Assembly: GCF_009914755.1 (NCBI RefSeq)
Contig: NC_060927.1
DNA: 64,000 bases
Direction: 5' to 3' (one strand)
From: the human T2T-CHM13v2.0 reference genome, Homo sapiens
The position numbers were made by a program, and so were the translations under genes. Under the pieces are notes generated by a model that saw only the letters and a program-made list of their open reading frames with translations, ran no database searches and was not told the DNA's origin. Within the stretch, counting starts at the first letter, position 1; each line of letters begins with the position of its first letter. Positions 1 through 23,412 of this stretch are shown piece after piece.

Positions 1-40
1 AAAGTGCTGGGATTACAAGCGTTAGCCACTGCGCCTGGCT
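1..40 (-). mobile_element. Alu 5' end (truncated by window)
   Basis: aaagtgctgggattaca...gcctggc. Confidence 0.85.
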
Positions 41-69
41 GAGATGATCTGATTTATATTAAAAAAATT

Positions 70-905
70 AGATTTATTGAGATATAATTAATATACCACA
101 AATTTACCTTTTAAAAGTATACAATTCAGTGATTTTTTAGTTTATTCACAGAGTTGTGTAACCATTACCACCATCTAATTCCAGAATATTTTTATCACCT
201 CAAAAGGAAACCCATAAACATTAGCAGCCACTCCCCATTCCTCCTTTCCCCCAGCTCCTGGCAATCAGAATCTGCTTTCTGTCTCTCTGGATTTGTGTAT
301 TCTAGACATTTCATATAAATGTAATCCATTATATGTGGCCTTTTGTCTGGCTTCTTTCACACAGCATAACATTTTTAAGGTTTGTTCATGCTGCAGCATG
401 TATCACTGCTTCACTCCTTTTTACTGCTTAATAATATTCTATTGTCTGGCTATATCACATTTTGTTTATCCATTCATCAGTTGATGGGCATTTGGGTTGT
501 TTCCACTTTTTGGCTGTTATAAATATTTGTGTACTGGTTTTTATGTGGACTTACATTTTGACTTCTTTTGGGTATATACCTAGGAATGAAATTTTTGGGT
601 CGTATGATAACTCTGTTTAACATTTTGAGGAACTTCCAAACTGTTTTCTAACGTGGCTGTACCATTTTACAACTCAACCAGCAATGTGTGAGAGTTACAA
701 TTTCTCTATATCCTAACCAAAACTTTTTATTCATTATCTTCTTAGTTTTAGCCATTCTAATGGGTGTGAAGTGGTATCTCGTTATGGTTTGCATTTCTCT
801 AATAACTAAGGATGTTGAACATCTTGTCATGAGCTTATCAGTCATTTGTAGATCTTCTTTGGAGCAACGTCTATTCAAATTCTTTGCCCATTTTGACGTG
901 GGCTG
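70..905 (-). mobile_element. Old L1 (L1MB/MC-like) 3' region
   Basis: ORF2 C-terminal remnant (RYHFTPIRMA...HCW) plus typical 3' end. Confidence 0.8.
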
Positions 906-1796
906 TTTGCTGGTCTCCTCTTTTCTGAAGTGTGTTAGTGGGTAATTATCTGATCTTGTGGGGCACAGGGCATTCCCTGCCTCTTTGTAGTCCAGGGATC
1001 ACCACAGGGACAGGAACCAGCTTACCAGTTAGGTATTGTCCTCGGGGATTCTCTAACCCCAGATCAGTTTCAGAAACCCTGGGAGTGGTCCAGGGAAAAC
1101 CAATGTGGAAGGCATTGACTGAGGCCATGGCTAAAAGCCAGGAGCTATTAGACTTGTTCCATAACCTCTATGAGTTGAAATCCAGTTAGTGATTCAGGTA
1201 CAGAGGCTGTGTAATAACCAGGACAGAGGCAAGCCTTGGAACTCTGGGTGACGGGAAAGTTAGAAGGTACGTCCAGGATGATATCTCAATCCAGGCCTGG
1301 GATCCAAGTCCCTTTGGACAGCCAGGTTGGGCCCAGATGGAGCCACATCACCTTTGCTCAGGCTTCTCACCTGCCCTTGCATAGGACAGCTTTCTTCTAC
1401 CCTACCACTCTGCCTCAGCTGGCATTCTGCCGCCAGGACTTTCCATCCTCTGGTGAGATCCTGGCCAACCTTGAGAGTTAAGATCCTCTTTGTTGTCCCC
1501 TCTGACTGCTCAGCTCATGAGGATTTCCCACCTCTGACCTTCTGCTTACTGACCTTCCCCAGTGACCTACCCTTGCCTTCTTAGTAGAGGGCCCTCGGGA
1601 GGGAGCAGACACCTAATCCTAGCCAGAACAGGCTCCTGCTTTTCATCATGAACCATGCACAGGTGCTTTTTCCTTCAGGCTGTTCCCCCTGGCCAGGGAT
1701 GTTCCTCCCTTTCTCTCCTTCTTTCTAGCCCATCCTCATAAGTCCAACTCAGTTCCCCTCCCTGGCATTTCCTGACCTCTGCAGACCACTGTGACA

Positions 1797-2167
1797 TCTA
1801 TGGCTGAATTGTATCCCCCTCCTAAGTTTGTATGTTGAGCCCCTAACCCCCAATGTGATGGTATTTAGAGAGAGGGACTTTGCGAAATAATCAGGTTTAG
1901 ATGAGGTCATGAGTGTAGGGCCATTATGATAGGATTCGTGCCCTCATAAGAAGAGATAGTAGAGAGCTTGCATGCTCTCTCTCCCAGCTACGTGAGGACA
2001 TAGTGAAAGGGCAGCTGTCTACAAGCCAGAAAGAGTACCCTCATCAGAAACCAACCATGTTGGCACCTTGATCTCGAACTTTTTATAATGATTTTAGCCT
2101 CCTGAACTGTGAGAAAATAAATTTCTGTGGTTTAAGACATCCAGTATGGTATTGGACGACTAAGACA
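1797..2167 (+). mobile_element. MaLR LTR (MLT1A-like)
   Basis: tatggctgaattgt...aataaatttctg...ctaagaca LTR pattern. Confidence 0.8.
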
Positions 2168-2680
2168 GTGACCTTTTCATCATCTTCCTGAGCTTCCACT
2201 GTATGCGTGGACAAATGCATGTGCATGTATGCATTCACACACACACAAACATAGACACATACACACACAGACACAAAAGCACACACATGCATATACACCT
2301 GGTTCTATTCTGTAGCACAATGTTCCCCAGATTCTAGTCTTCCCAGCCAGTACTACCTTCACCGATTTTTCATATCCAGGCATTATTTGTACTTACTGTA
2401 TTTGTGTTTTTAAAATGTTTACTTGATACATTTTGTTCCATTGACTTTTTTCACATGCTGCCTCTTTCAACCTTATCCAAAGCAATAATATGTAGTGCAA
2501 AAAGGGATTTGATGTGATCAGTTTTCTGATAGACATTACAATACAAAAGCATTAGGTTTGTTCTTCTAAAAACCTAAAATCATCTTTGCCATTGCCACCA
2601 GTGGCATCAGTTCCACACGTTGGAAAGCACTGCTGCAGCGTTATTCTTTTGCCACTTCATGCCTTTCTATTAAGTTTATA

Positions 2681-2852
2681 GCCTCCTGGGTGTGATGGCG
2701 CACACCTGTAATCCCAGCACTTTGGGAGGCTGATGCAGGAGGATCACTTGGGGCCAGGAGTTCAAGACTAGCTTGGGCAATATAGTGAGATTCCATCTCT
2801 ACAAAAATGAAAATAAAAACATAAAAATTAGCCAGGAGTGGTGGCATGTGCC
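2681..2852 (+). mobile_element. Partial Alu (left monomer)
   Basis: cctgtaatcccagcactttgggagg. Confidence 0.85.
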
Positions 2853-3639
2853 TTCTTTTGAGAAATGACTATTCATGTCCTTTGCCCACTTTTTAATGAG
2901 ATTGTTTTATTCTTACTGTTGAGTTGTTTGAATTCCTTTTATATTCTGGGTATTAGTTCCTTATTGGATAAATAGTTTGCAAATTTTTCTCCTATTCTAT
3001 GGGTTGTCTCTTCAGTTTGTTGATTGTTCCCTTTGCTGTGCAGAAGCTTTTTAGTTTAATGTAGTCCCATAGGATCCAGCTGTTTTCTGAATGTGATGTG
3101 CCAGATGTTTCATGGCTAGATTGCTGGAGAGCTGCAGATTTCTCAGCTCTGCAGCAATCCAGCTCTTTAATGTTTCCTCATTAAAGAACCTCATGGTGAA
3201 ACTGATATGCAGCAATTTTTTATCCCTTCCAGTGTTGCTGGATGAGTGAGATCAAAAGTTAAGAGAAGGACTTGGATGTCTAAGGCTGGGAAAAATTAGA
3301 TCTGATAACAATTTGTAATGAGTAGGTCACATTTGTCACAATTAGAAAGGAAAATAAAGGTGCACACAACTATTGTTGGGTACTTTGCAGAAGATTCATG
3401 AACTCCATTTTATTGTTATAGGGAAGGAGATGCTGGGTTGTATCACCCTTACCTTGCTGAAGGAGTAAAGACTACTCAACCACAATTATTTTACCTTTAA
3501 AATGTTCTGACTAGCATCACTTCACAGTATCTACATTTATTGCATTTTAAAACAATGTATTCACAGAAATATAACTTCTGTGAAAGTGCAGGTAGAAAGT
3601 ACACAGATCATAACTGTATTATTTCGTCTTATGGATCTC

Positions 3640-3990
3640 CTCAGACTCCCTCAGGCTCATCTGCCCCTAGATGCTTAAACTCTTTCTCTACCTTGCTGTC
3701 ACTATGGCTATGGGTGACCAAAGTCATTCCATCCTGCATTGTTCCTTGAACTGAGGCCAACCAGACTCACATGTGGGCTGTTTGGATCCTCCTGTCACTT
3801 CCAGACTCAGATGAGACACCACATTAAAGTGGAGTCTGTCTTCCCAAGAGGCTGCCTAATGGACCAGATGATGCAGTTGAAAAGTGTGAGGAAATTAATT
3901 CTTCATGGGGTAAACTCAGACAAATGGGAGACAGGAAGGAGTTGACAGATACATTCCTTCTCCTTTCTCCCCTTGATGAATGGCTGCAAG
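3640..3990 (-). mobile_element. Degenerate ERVL LTR (LTR16-like)
   Basis: ggggtaaactcagacaaatgggagacagg...cagatacattccttctcc resembles LTR16. Confidence 0.45.
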
Positions 3991-3999
3991 GCATGCTTT

Positions 4000-9645
<5,646 letters not shown>

Positions 9646-9661
9646 TCCTTTGGGTACTTTT

Positions 9662-9968
<307 letters not shown>

Positions 9969-10038
9969 GTCTCCTCTGGGTACTTTTAAAGATTTCATCT
10001 TTATCACTGGTTTTCAGTAAATTGGCTATCTGCTTTGA

Positions 10039-10049
10039 TATGTGTGTGT

Positions 10050-10081
<32 letters not shown>

Positions 10082-10102
10082 CTGTCTGTCTGTGTTTGTG
10101 TC
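10039..10102. repeat. (TG)n/(TCTG)n microsatellite
   Basis: Directly visible. Confidence 0.95.
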
Positions 10103-10560
10103 TATGCATGATTACCCTCTTGAGGTTTACTGAACTTCTTATATCTGGAGGTTTATAGCTTTCACTGAACTTCAAAATCGCCCCTGCCTCCCATTCTTTC
10201 CCTCCTGAGATTATAATTACATGTATGGTAGATTGCTTGATATTATTGAAAAAGCTACTTATTTATTCACCTGTGTGCTTTAGTTTTGATAGATTTGATT
10301 TGAAGTCTTACATTCTCTTAGTTTTTTTCTTCTGCAGTATTTAATACCATCCAATAAAGTTTTCATTTCATATATTATATTTTTTATCTCTAGAAGTTCC
10401 ATTAGGTTCTTTTTTTATATCTTTAATTCTGTCCTTATTATGCTTAGGTTGTCTTTAAAATCCTGGGACATACTGAGCATCTTTATAATAGCTGTTAGTG
10501 TTCTTGCCTGCTAGTTTTATCATTTCTGTTAATCTACACCACTTTCTATCAACTATTTTT

Positions 10561-11894
10561 TGTTTTATTTTTGACAAATAATAATTGTATATATTTATGG
10601 GGGTACAACATGATGTTTTAATATATGTTTACACTGTAGGATTAAATCAAGCTAATTAACAAATTCATCACCTCACATACTTATTTTTTTTGTGGTGAAA
10701 ACATTAAAAACCTACTCTTTCAGCAATTTTGAAAAATACATTGCATTTTTATTTATTATAGTCACCTTTCTGTGCAATTGATCACTAAAGCTTATTCCTC
10801 TTGTCTAACTGAAACTTTGTACCCTTTGATCAACATCTTTCTTTTTGCCATCCACCCTCCTCCTCCAGCCTCTGGTAATCATTGTTCTACTCTACTTCTA
10901 CGAGTTCAACTGTTCTAGATTCTGCACGTAAGTGGAATCTTATGGTATTTGTCCTTCTGGGCCTGGCTTATTTCACTTATCACAATGTCCTTCAGGTTCT
11001 TAATGTCACAAATGACAGAATCTCCTTCTTCTTTAAGGCTGAATAGTATTCCATTGTGTATATATACCACATTTTCTTTATCCATTTATATGATGATAAA
11101 CACATAGGTTGGCTCCATATCTTAGCTACTCATAATAATGCTACAGTGAACATGGGAGTGCAGATACAAAACTGTTTATACACAAGCAGAGGAATGAAAT
11201 TGGATCCTTATTTCACACCACATAAAAAAATTAACTTGGCTGGGCATGGTGTCTCATGCCTGTAATCCCAGCACTTTGGGAGGCTGAGGTGAGTGGATTG
11301 CTTGAGCTCAGGAGTTCAAGACCAGCCTGGGCAACAGAGTGAAACCTTGTCTCTACAAAAAATATGAAAATTAGCTGGGCATGGTGGCTTGCATCTGTAA
11401 TCTCAGCTACTTGGGAGGCTGAGGTGGTAGGATTGCTTGACCCCAGGAGGCAGAGGTTGCAGTGAGCTGAGATTGCATCACTGCACCCCAGCCTGGGTGA
11501 CAGAGTGAGACTCCATCTCAAAAAAAAAAAAAAAAAAAAAAAAAAAGATTGGGAAGTAAATTTGGCATAGAAAATATGATTAGATTTTTTAATAAAAGAA
11601 AAAAATCAACTCAAAATAGGTTAAAGACTTAAATATAAGACCCCAGATTGTAAAACGGCTAGAAGAAAACAGGGGGGGAAGCTCCATGACATTGGTGTAG
11701 GCAAAGATTTCTTGGATATGACCGCCAAAGCACAGGCAAGAAAAGCAAAAATAAACAAATGGGATTGAATCAAACTAAAAAGCTTCTGCACAGCAAAGGA
11801 AACAAGAGAATGAGGAGACAACCCACAGATTAGGAGAAAAGATGTGCAAACCACACATCTGATAAAGGGCTAATATAAAAAAAATAAAGAACTT
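10561..11894. mobile_element. 5'-inverted L1MA-type element containing an Alu
   Basis: Minus-strand 3' end 10561-11165, plus-strand ORF2 11166-11890; TSD tatcaactattttt. Confidence 0.75.
11238..11546 (+). mobile_element. Alu (J/S)
   Basis: Full dimer with poly-A. Confidence 0.9.
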
Positions 11895-12241
11895 TATCAA
11901 CTATTTTTACTCCTGTTTATGGGTCACATTTTGCTGCACATTCATATATTTAATAATCTTTAATTTGATGCTAGTCATTGTGATGGTTGTATTTTTGAGT
12001 GTCTTGATTTTATTGCCTTCTTTTAAAGAGTTTTCTTACTCAATTTTGAAAGTGTTATTCTGGACACACAAGTCCTTTATTAGATATTTGCGTTGTGAAT
12101 ATATGTTTTTTTTCCATCTGTGGCTTATCTTTTCATTTTAACAGTGTCTTTGGAGAACAAAAGTTCTTCATTTGGATGAGGCCCGTCATCACATTATTTC
12201 TTTAAGGATTGTGCTTTCGGTGTCATATTTAAGAAATCTGA

Positions 12242-12860
12242 GGCTAGGTGCTGTGGCTCATGCCTGTAATCCCAGCATTTTGGAAGGCAGGAGGATCACT
12301 TGAGCCCAGGAGTTCAAGACAAGCCTGGGCAACCGAGCAAGACTCCTTCTCCACAAAAAATTAAAAAAATTATTTGGGTATCGTGGTTTGTGCCTGTAGT
12401 CCCTGCCACTTGGGAGGCTTAGGTGAGAGGACTGCTTAAGCCTAGGAGTTCAAAGCTGTTGTGAGCTATGATTGTGCCATTACACTCCAACCTGGGTGAT
12501 AGAGAGAGACCTGGTATCTAAAAAAAACCCCCCAAAACAAAAAAGAAATAAAAATAAATCTGAGGCCAGGTGCGGTAGCTCACTCCTGTAATTCCAGCAC
12601 TTTTGGAGGCTGTGTCAGGAGGACTGCTTGAGGCCAGGAGTTTGAAACCAGCCTGGGCAACATAGTGAGACTCCATCTCTAAAAAAAAAATTTTTTTTAA
12701 ATTTAGGTGGGTGTGGGAGTGCGCACCTGTAGTCCCAGTTACTTGGGAGGCTGAGGCAAAGGATCTCTTGAGCCCACTCATTGTGCCACTGCACTCCATC
12801 CAGGGTGACAGAATGAGACCCTGTCTCCAATAAATAAACAAATAAAGAAATAAATAAAGA
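12242..12860 (+). mobile_element. Two tandem AluJ-like elements
   Basis: 12242-12550 and 12563-12860. Confidence 0.85.
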
Positions 12861-12981
12861 ACAAATATCACAATCATATGATGGATACTGGAATCTTTAG
12901 AAGAAATTTACTACACATATTTATGTCATCTCGAAAATAAAGTTGAGAAAAAAACTGGAGAATATGAGGTAGTTATGTAAA

Positions 12982-12987
12982 TTTAAT
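12982..12987 (-). terminator. Candidate ATTAAA polyadenylation signal for PRR23A
   Basis: tttaat on plus strand about 1.5 kb downstream of the stop codon; hexamer only. Confidence 0.3.
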
Positions 12988-13446
12988 TGTCCAGAAAACA
13001 ACATAAACATTGCTTATTTATATCTATACATATATATATGTATATGTAGCTTTCATATATTGACTAGAATGATATCCATCAACTTTGTGTCATGATGTGA
13101 ATCCCCTGGGAATGGGGGAGAAGAGTGGGGATCAAAGGATATGACAACATTATCTGTAATATTTCCTTTCCTTTATAGTTAAAAAGACATTAAGGAAATA
13201 ATACTAAGAAATAACGACTGCCAATTCAGGGTGATGGACTCAAGAGCATGAAAAAAACTCTCAAAAATAAATTAGACCAAATGTCCATGCGGTGAAGGTG
13301 AGTGAGTACCCCTGAGAGGAAATCAAGATGAAGCCCACACTGCCCTGAAATTCAGGAATACCCATTGGTTAAAGTACATAGAATATGTCATTGTACAAGA
13401 TGCTGCTGGAATGAAAGTGTCACAACTTCCTACTTTCCCTCATTAA

Positions 13447-13837
<391 letters not shown>

Positions 13838-14300
13838 TGAATGTTGTTTGTTTACTATCTAATCTAATATGCATTTATCTTGATTGTCCAGGTCCAGGAA
13901 AAGGAGTTAAGGAGAGCAAGTGGAAAATAAAATCAGTGGTCAGAAGCACCTCAGAGGATGTTGGGAGAAATCGTATAGGTAAATTCCTAACTGCAAAAAG
14001 AAGGAAAGACAATGATCTGGATTGGAGAGAACGGATAGGTGTATGGAAGTGATAAAAAAAAAGGGGGGAATTTTAAAGAAAACTGAAGGGAGCTTTAAGC
14101 AAGAGTAGGGGTGAAACTGAGGATACAGTTGGCTGAAGGTGACAAAGGCAGAAGTAACAGCTCCTGCAGCAAAGGCAAGGGATCTGAAAATCCATGACTG
14201 GTTATGTGTGGTCTACTCTTCTTGGTAAAGGTGCTTACCAGAATCTGCTTTTCTTTTTTCATGTCCTTGCCTGCCACTTACCAAGGAATTCTGCCAAAAA

Positions 14301-14342
14301 ACCAACCAGCCAGCCAGCCAACCAACCAACCCACCCAAACAA
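14301..14342. repeat. (CCAA/CCAG)n tetranucleotide repeat just downstream of PRR23A stop
   Basis: accaaccagccagccagccaaccaaccaacc. Confidence 0.85.
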
Positions 14343-14470
14343 CAGTAATCCAACTGCCCGCTGTCGATGAATGAAGATGCTGCATTTCCGGGCTGTGGCA
14401 AGTCCTCACAGTGAGTCTTGGAGGATCCACAAGAACCCGCAGCCGGTGGCAAGGGATTGTGGGAAGCAGT

Positions 14471-15660
<1,190 letters not shown>

Positions 15661-17232
15661 AGGTGGGGAGGTGGAGGGGTGTCTTTGTGTCTGTAGGGGA
15701 AGGTTCCTTGGATGTGCTCGTGGGACCCAATGGCGGTAATTGCTTTTATCTTGGTTAAGAAAAGAAAAGCCAAAACACAATTTCAAAAACTGCTTGCTTA
15801 CTTTTATAAGTAGCTTACGTCTCAATGTCTCTTCTAAGATTTTCCAGGAATATATGAAAAAGAGCTTTAACTCATACTCACTGCTCTTTCCCCACCCTTC
15901 CTACGTGGTTCTAAAAAGTTCTTTCATTTCTGATAGAAAGTAGAAATGAAAATTTTGCTTTGATAAGTAAACTTTAATTTTTGTGGGTACATAGTAGGTA
16001 TATATATTTATGGGTTATATGAGATACTTTGATACAGGCCTGCAATACGTAGTAATCACATCATGGTAAATGGGGTATCCATCCTCTCAAGCATTTATCC
16101 TTTGTGTTACAAACAATCCAATTATACTCTTTTAGTTATTTTAAATTGTACAATTAAATTATTATTGACTATAGTCACCCGGTTCTGCTATCGGATACTA
16201 GATTTTAATTCATTTTTTCTATTTTTTTGTACCTATTAACCATTTCTATTTGCCCCCACCCTCACTACCCTTCCCAGCTTCTGGTAACCATCCTTCTACT
16301 CTCTCCATATGTTCAATTGTTTTAATTTTTAGCTGCCATAAATAAGTGAGAACACGAGAAGTTTGTTTTTTTGTGCCTGACTTATTCCACTTAACATAAT
16401 GACCTCCAGTTCCATCCATGTTGTTGCTAATGACAGGATCTCATTCTTTTTTATGGCTGAATAGTACTCCATTGTGTATATGTACCACATTTTCTTTATC
16501 CATTCATCTGTTGATGGATAGTTTGGTTGCTTCCAAATCTTGGCTATTGTGAATAAAACTCCAATAAACATGGGAGCACAGATATGTCTTCAATATTCTG
16601 CTTTTCTTTCTTTTGATTATGTACGTGGCAGTGAGATTGCTGGATCATATGGTAGCTCTATTTTTAGATTTTTGCAGAACCTCCAAACTGTTCTCCGTAG
16701 TGGTTTTTACGAGTTTACATTCCCACCAACAGTGTACGAGGGTTCCCTTTACTCCAAATCCTTGCCAGCATTTGTTATTTCCTGTCTTTTGGATAAAAGC
16801 CATTTTAACTGGGGTAAGATATCTCACTGTAGTTTTGATTTGCATTTGTCTGATGATCAGTGATGTTGAGCACCTTTTCACATAGCTGCTTGCTATTTGT
16901 ATGTCTTCTTTTGAGAAATATTTATTCAGTTATTTTGCCCATTTTTATATTGGATTATTAGATTTTTTTTCCTTTAGAGTTGTTTGAGCTTCTTATGTAT
17001 TCTGGCTATGAATCCCTTGTCAGATGAGTAGTTTGCAGATAATTTCTTTCATTCTCTTCTGTTTGTTGATGTTTCCTTTGCTGTGTAGAAGCTTTTTAAC
17101 TTGATGTGATCCCATTTGTCCACTTTTGCTTTAGTTACCTGTGCTTGTGGATTATTACTCAAGAAATCTTTACCCAGATCAAAGTCCTGGAGAGTTTCCC
17201 CAATGTTTTGTTATAGTAGTTTTATATTTTGA

Positions 17233-17539
<307 letters not shown>

Positions 17540-18019
17540 ATATTTTGAGGTCTTAAATTTAAATATTTAATTCATTTTTATTGATTTTTGTATATGGTGA
17601 GAGATGGGGTCTAGTTTCAGTCTTACGCATATGGATATCCAGTTTTCCCAGCTCCATCAATTGAAAATCAGGATATTGAAGAGATATCTGCTCTCCCATG
17701 TTTGTTGGAGTATTATTCACAATAGCCAAGATTTGGAAGCAACCTAAGTATCCGTCAACAGAGGAACGGATAGAGAAAGTGTGGTACATATACACAATGG
17801 AGTACTATTCAGCCATAAAAAGGAATTAGATCTTGTCATTAGCAGCACTGAGTAGAGATAGAATGTGTTGGCCAGGGGTGGTGGCTCACACCTGCAATCC
17901 TAGCATTTTGGGTGGTCAAGGTAGGCAGATTACTTGAACAATTTAAAAAATTATTATTAAAAAAGAGATATAATGTGTTTGCCATATTTTTCTGCTGTTC
18001 TATTTCATCTGTTGTGTTT

Positions 18020-18342
18020 TTTCTTTTTTTCTTTTTTTTTTTTTGAGATGCAGTCTCGCTCTTTTGCTCAGCCTGGAGTGCAGTGGTGCAGTGGTGTGAT
18101 CTTGGCTCACTGCAACCTCTGGGTCCTGGGTTCAAGTGATTCTCATGCCTCAGCCTCCTGAGTAGTTGAGATTATAGGCGTGTGGGATTATAGCCATGCC
18201 TGGCTAATTTTTGTATTTTTAGTAGAAATGGGGTTTCACCATGTTGGCCAGGCTGGTCTTAAACTCCTGACCTCAAGTGATTTGCTCACCTCGGCCTCCA
18301 AAAGGGCTGGGATTACAGGTGTGAGCCACTGCTCCTCGCCCC
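18020..18342 (-). mobile_element. AluS
   Basis: Full dimer with small internal duplications. Confidence 0.88.
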
Positions 18343-19948
18343 CGTGTATGTTCTTAGCAGCTTTGTTGAAAATGAGTTCACTGTAGATGTATGGATTTGT
18401 TTCTGGGTTCTCTATTCTGTTCCATTGGTCTATGTGTCTGTTTTTATGCCAATACATGCTGTTTTGGTTGCCATAGCTTTGTAGTATAATTTGAAATCAG
18501 GTAATGTGATTCTTCCAGTTTTATTCTTTTTGCTCAGGTTAGCGTTGGCTTTCTGGGTCTTTTGTGGTTTCATAAAAATTTTAGGATTTTAAAAAAAATT
18601 TCTGTGAAGAATGCCATTGGCATTTTGATAGGCATTGAATTGAATCTGTAGATTGCTTTGGGTAGTATGGACATTTTTAACAATATTGAGTCTTCCAATT
18701 CATAAACATGGAGTATTTTTCCACTCTTTTGTGTCCTCTTCAATTTCTTTCATCAATGTTTTATAGTTTTCATTGTAGAGATGCTTCACTTCTTTGGTTC
18801 AGTTAATTCCTAAGTATTTAATTTTATTTGTGGCTATTGTAAATGGGATTACTTTTTTGATTTTTTCTTCAGATTGTTCATTGTTGGCATTTAGAAATGC
18901 TACTGATTTTTGTATGTTGATTTTATATCCTGCAACTTTACTGAATTTGTTTATCAGTAGTAATAGTTTTTGTGTGGGGTCTTTAGGTTTTTCCAAACAT
19001 AAGATCATATAATCTGCAAACAAGGATAATTTGACTTTTTCTTTTCCAATGTGGATGCCTGTTATTTCTTTCTGTTGTCTGATTGCTCTAGCTAGGACTT
19101 CCAGTATTATGTTGAGTAACAGTGGTGAATGTGGGCATCCTCGTCTTGTTTCAGCTCTTAGAGAAAAGGCTTTCAGTTTTTCCCCATTCAGTATGATACT
19201 AGCTGTGGGTCTGTCACATATGGCTTTTATTGTGTTGAAGTGTGTTCCTTCTATACCCAGTTTTTGAGAAGTTTTTAATCATAAAGGAATGTTGACTTTT
19301 ATTATATGCTTTTATAGCATGAATTGAAATGATATGGTTTTTATCTTTCATTCTGTTAGTATGATGTATCACATTGATTGATTTGCATATGTTGAACCAT
19401 CCTTGCATCCCTGGGATAAATCCTAGTCGATCATGATGAATGATCTTTTAAATATAATGTTGAATTTGGTTTGCTAGTATTTTGTTGAGGATTTTTTGCA
19501 TCAATATTCATCAGAGATATTGGCCTGTAGTTTTCTTTTTTTGAAGTGTCTTTGGCTTTGGTATCAGGTTAATACTGGCCTCATAGAATGCATTTGGCAG
19601 TATTCTCTCCTTCTGTATTCTTTGGAATAGTTTGAGTGTGACTGGTATTAGTTATTCCTTAAATGTTTGGTAAAATTCAGCTGTGAAGCCATTGGCTCTC
19701 AGACTTTTTTTTTTTTTTTTTTTTACTGGGAGACTGTTTATGATGGCTTCCCTGTCATTACTTGTTATTGGTCTGTTCAGGTTTTGGATTTCTTCATGGT
19801 TTCATCTTAGTAGGTTGTATGTACCTAGGAATTTATAATTTCCTCTGGATTTTCCAATTTATTGGTCTATAGTTGCTCATGATAGCCTCACTAATGGTCC
19901 TTTGAATTTCTGCAGTATCAGTTGTAATGTCTCCTTTTTCATCTTTGA

Positions 19949-20266
<318 letters not shown>

Positions 20267-20469
20267 GTTCTTCTCATTCTTAGTTAGTCTGGCTAAAGGT
20301 TTATTAATTTCTTTTATCTTTTTTAAAAGCCAGCTTTTCATTTTGTTGATCTTTTGTATTTTTTTTTTCATTTCAATGTCATTTAGTTGTGTTCTGATTT
20401 TTATTTCCTTTCTTCTACTAATTTTCAGTTTGGTTTGCTCTTGCTTTTGTAGTTCTTTAGGATGCACTT

Positions 20470-20763
<294 letters not shown>

Positions 20764-22190
20764 GATGTACTGTTAGGTTAATTATTTGAAGTTGTTCTTT
20801 TTTGATGTATGCACATATAGCTATGAATTTCCCTCTTAGCACTGCTTTTGCTGTATCCCATAGGTTTTTGTATGTTGTGTTTCCATTATAATTTGTTCGA
20901 AGAAAATTTTCAATCTCCTTCTTTTTTCATTGACCTACTAGTCATTGAGGAGCATGTTGTTTAATTTCCACATGTTTGTATAGTTTCCAAAATTATTCTT
21001 GTTATTGATTTCTAGTTTTATTCCATGTGGTCAGAGAAGATGCTTGGTATTATTTCAACTTTTATGGAATGTGTTTAGACTTGTTTTGTGACCTAACATA
21101 CAGTTTATCCTTGAGAATGATCCACATGTTGAGGAGAGGAATATGTATTCTGTAGCCCTTGGATGAAATGCTCTGTAAATATCTATTAGATCCATGTATT
21201 CTATAGTGGAGATTAAGCCCGATGTTTCTTTGATGATTTTCTGACTGGAAGATCTGTCCTATGCTGAAAGTGGGGGGTTGAAATCTCCAGCTATTATTGT
21301 ATTGAGGTTTCTCTGTGTCTTTAGCTCTAATAATATTTGCTTTATGTATCTGGGTACCCCATTGTTGAGTGCATATATATTTAAAATTGTCATATCCTTT
21401 TGCTGAATTGACCCCTTTATCATTATATAGTGACTTTCTTTATCTCTTCTTACAATTTTTGTCTTGAAATATATTTTGTCTGATATAAATATAGCTACTC
21501 CTGCTCTTTCTTTGGTTTCCATTGGCATGGAATATCTTTTTCCATTCCTTCATTTTTAGTCTATGTGTATCTTTATAGGTGAAGTGTGTTTCTTGTAGGC
21601 AACAGATTATTGAGTCTTCTTTTATTTTGTTTTATATCCATTCAGCCACTCTGTGTCATTTCATTGGAATGTTTAGTCCATTTACATTCAGGTTATTATT
21701 AATTAGTAATGACTTACTCCTGCCATTTTGTTATTTGGTTTCTGGTTGTTTTGTGGTCTTCTCGTCCTTCTTTCCTTCCTTCTGTTTTCCTTTTAGCGAA
21801 GATGATTTTCTCTGGTGGTATGATTTAATTTCTTGTTTTTATTTTTTGTTTATTTGTTGTACGTTTTTCGATTTGAGGTTACCCTGAGACTTGCAAATAC
21901 TATCTGATAATCTGTTATTTTAAATGGATGACAACTTAACACTCATTTCACAGACAACAAGCAAACTAACAAGCAAAAAAAAAAAACTCATAAAAACTTT
22001 ACATTAACATTGTCCCTCCACTTTCTTTTTATTTTATCTCTTTGTTGATGTCTTGAAAAGTTGTTATAATTTTTATTTTTGATGGATTCATCATTTATTC
22101 TTTCTACTTAAGAATAGTTTACACACCACAATTACAGTGTTATAATATTCTGTGCACTTACTATTGAGTTTTGTATAAGAAATTACCATG

Positions 22191-22936
<746 letters not shown>

Positions 22937-23412
22937 AGCTTTGTTTTTTCTAGGAAAGTCTTTCTCCTTCATGGTTGAAAGATATTTTCACCAGATATAC
23001 TATTCTAGGGTAAGTTTTTTTTTTCATTCAGTACTTTAAATTTGTCATGCCACTCTCTCTCAGCCTTTAAGATTTCCACTGAAAAGTCTGCTGCTGGAGC
23101 TACATTATATGTTATTTGTTTCTTTTCTCTTCCTGCTTTTAGGACACACACACATACACACATACACACACCCAGACACACACACATACACATATATTTT
23201 TTAGACGGGGTCTTGCTTTGTCACTTAGGCTGGAGTGTAGTGGCACAATCATGGCTCATGGCTCGCTGCAGCCTTGAACTGCTGGGCTCAAGTGATCCTC
23301 CTGCCTCGGTCTCCCAAAATGCTGAGATTACACATATGAGCCACTGCACCTGGCCGGGATTCTTTCTTTACCCTTGATCTTTGGGAGTTTGATTATTAAA
23401 TGCCTTGTGGTA

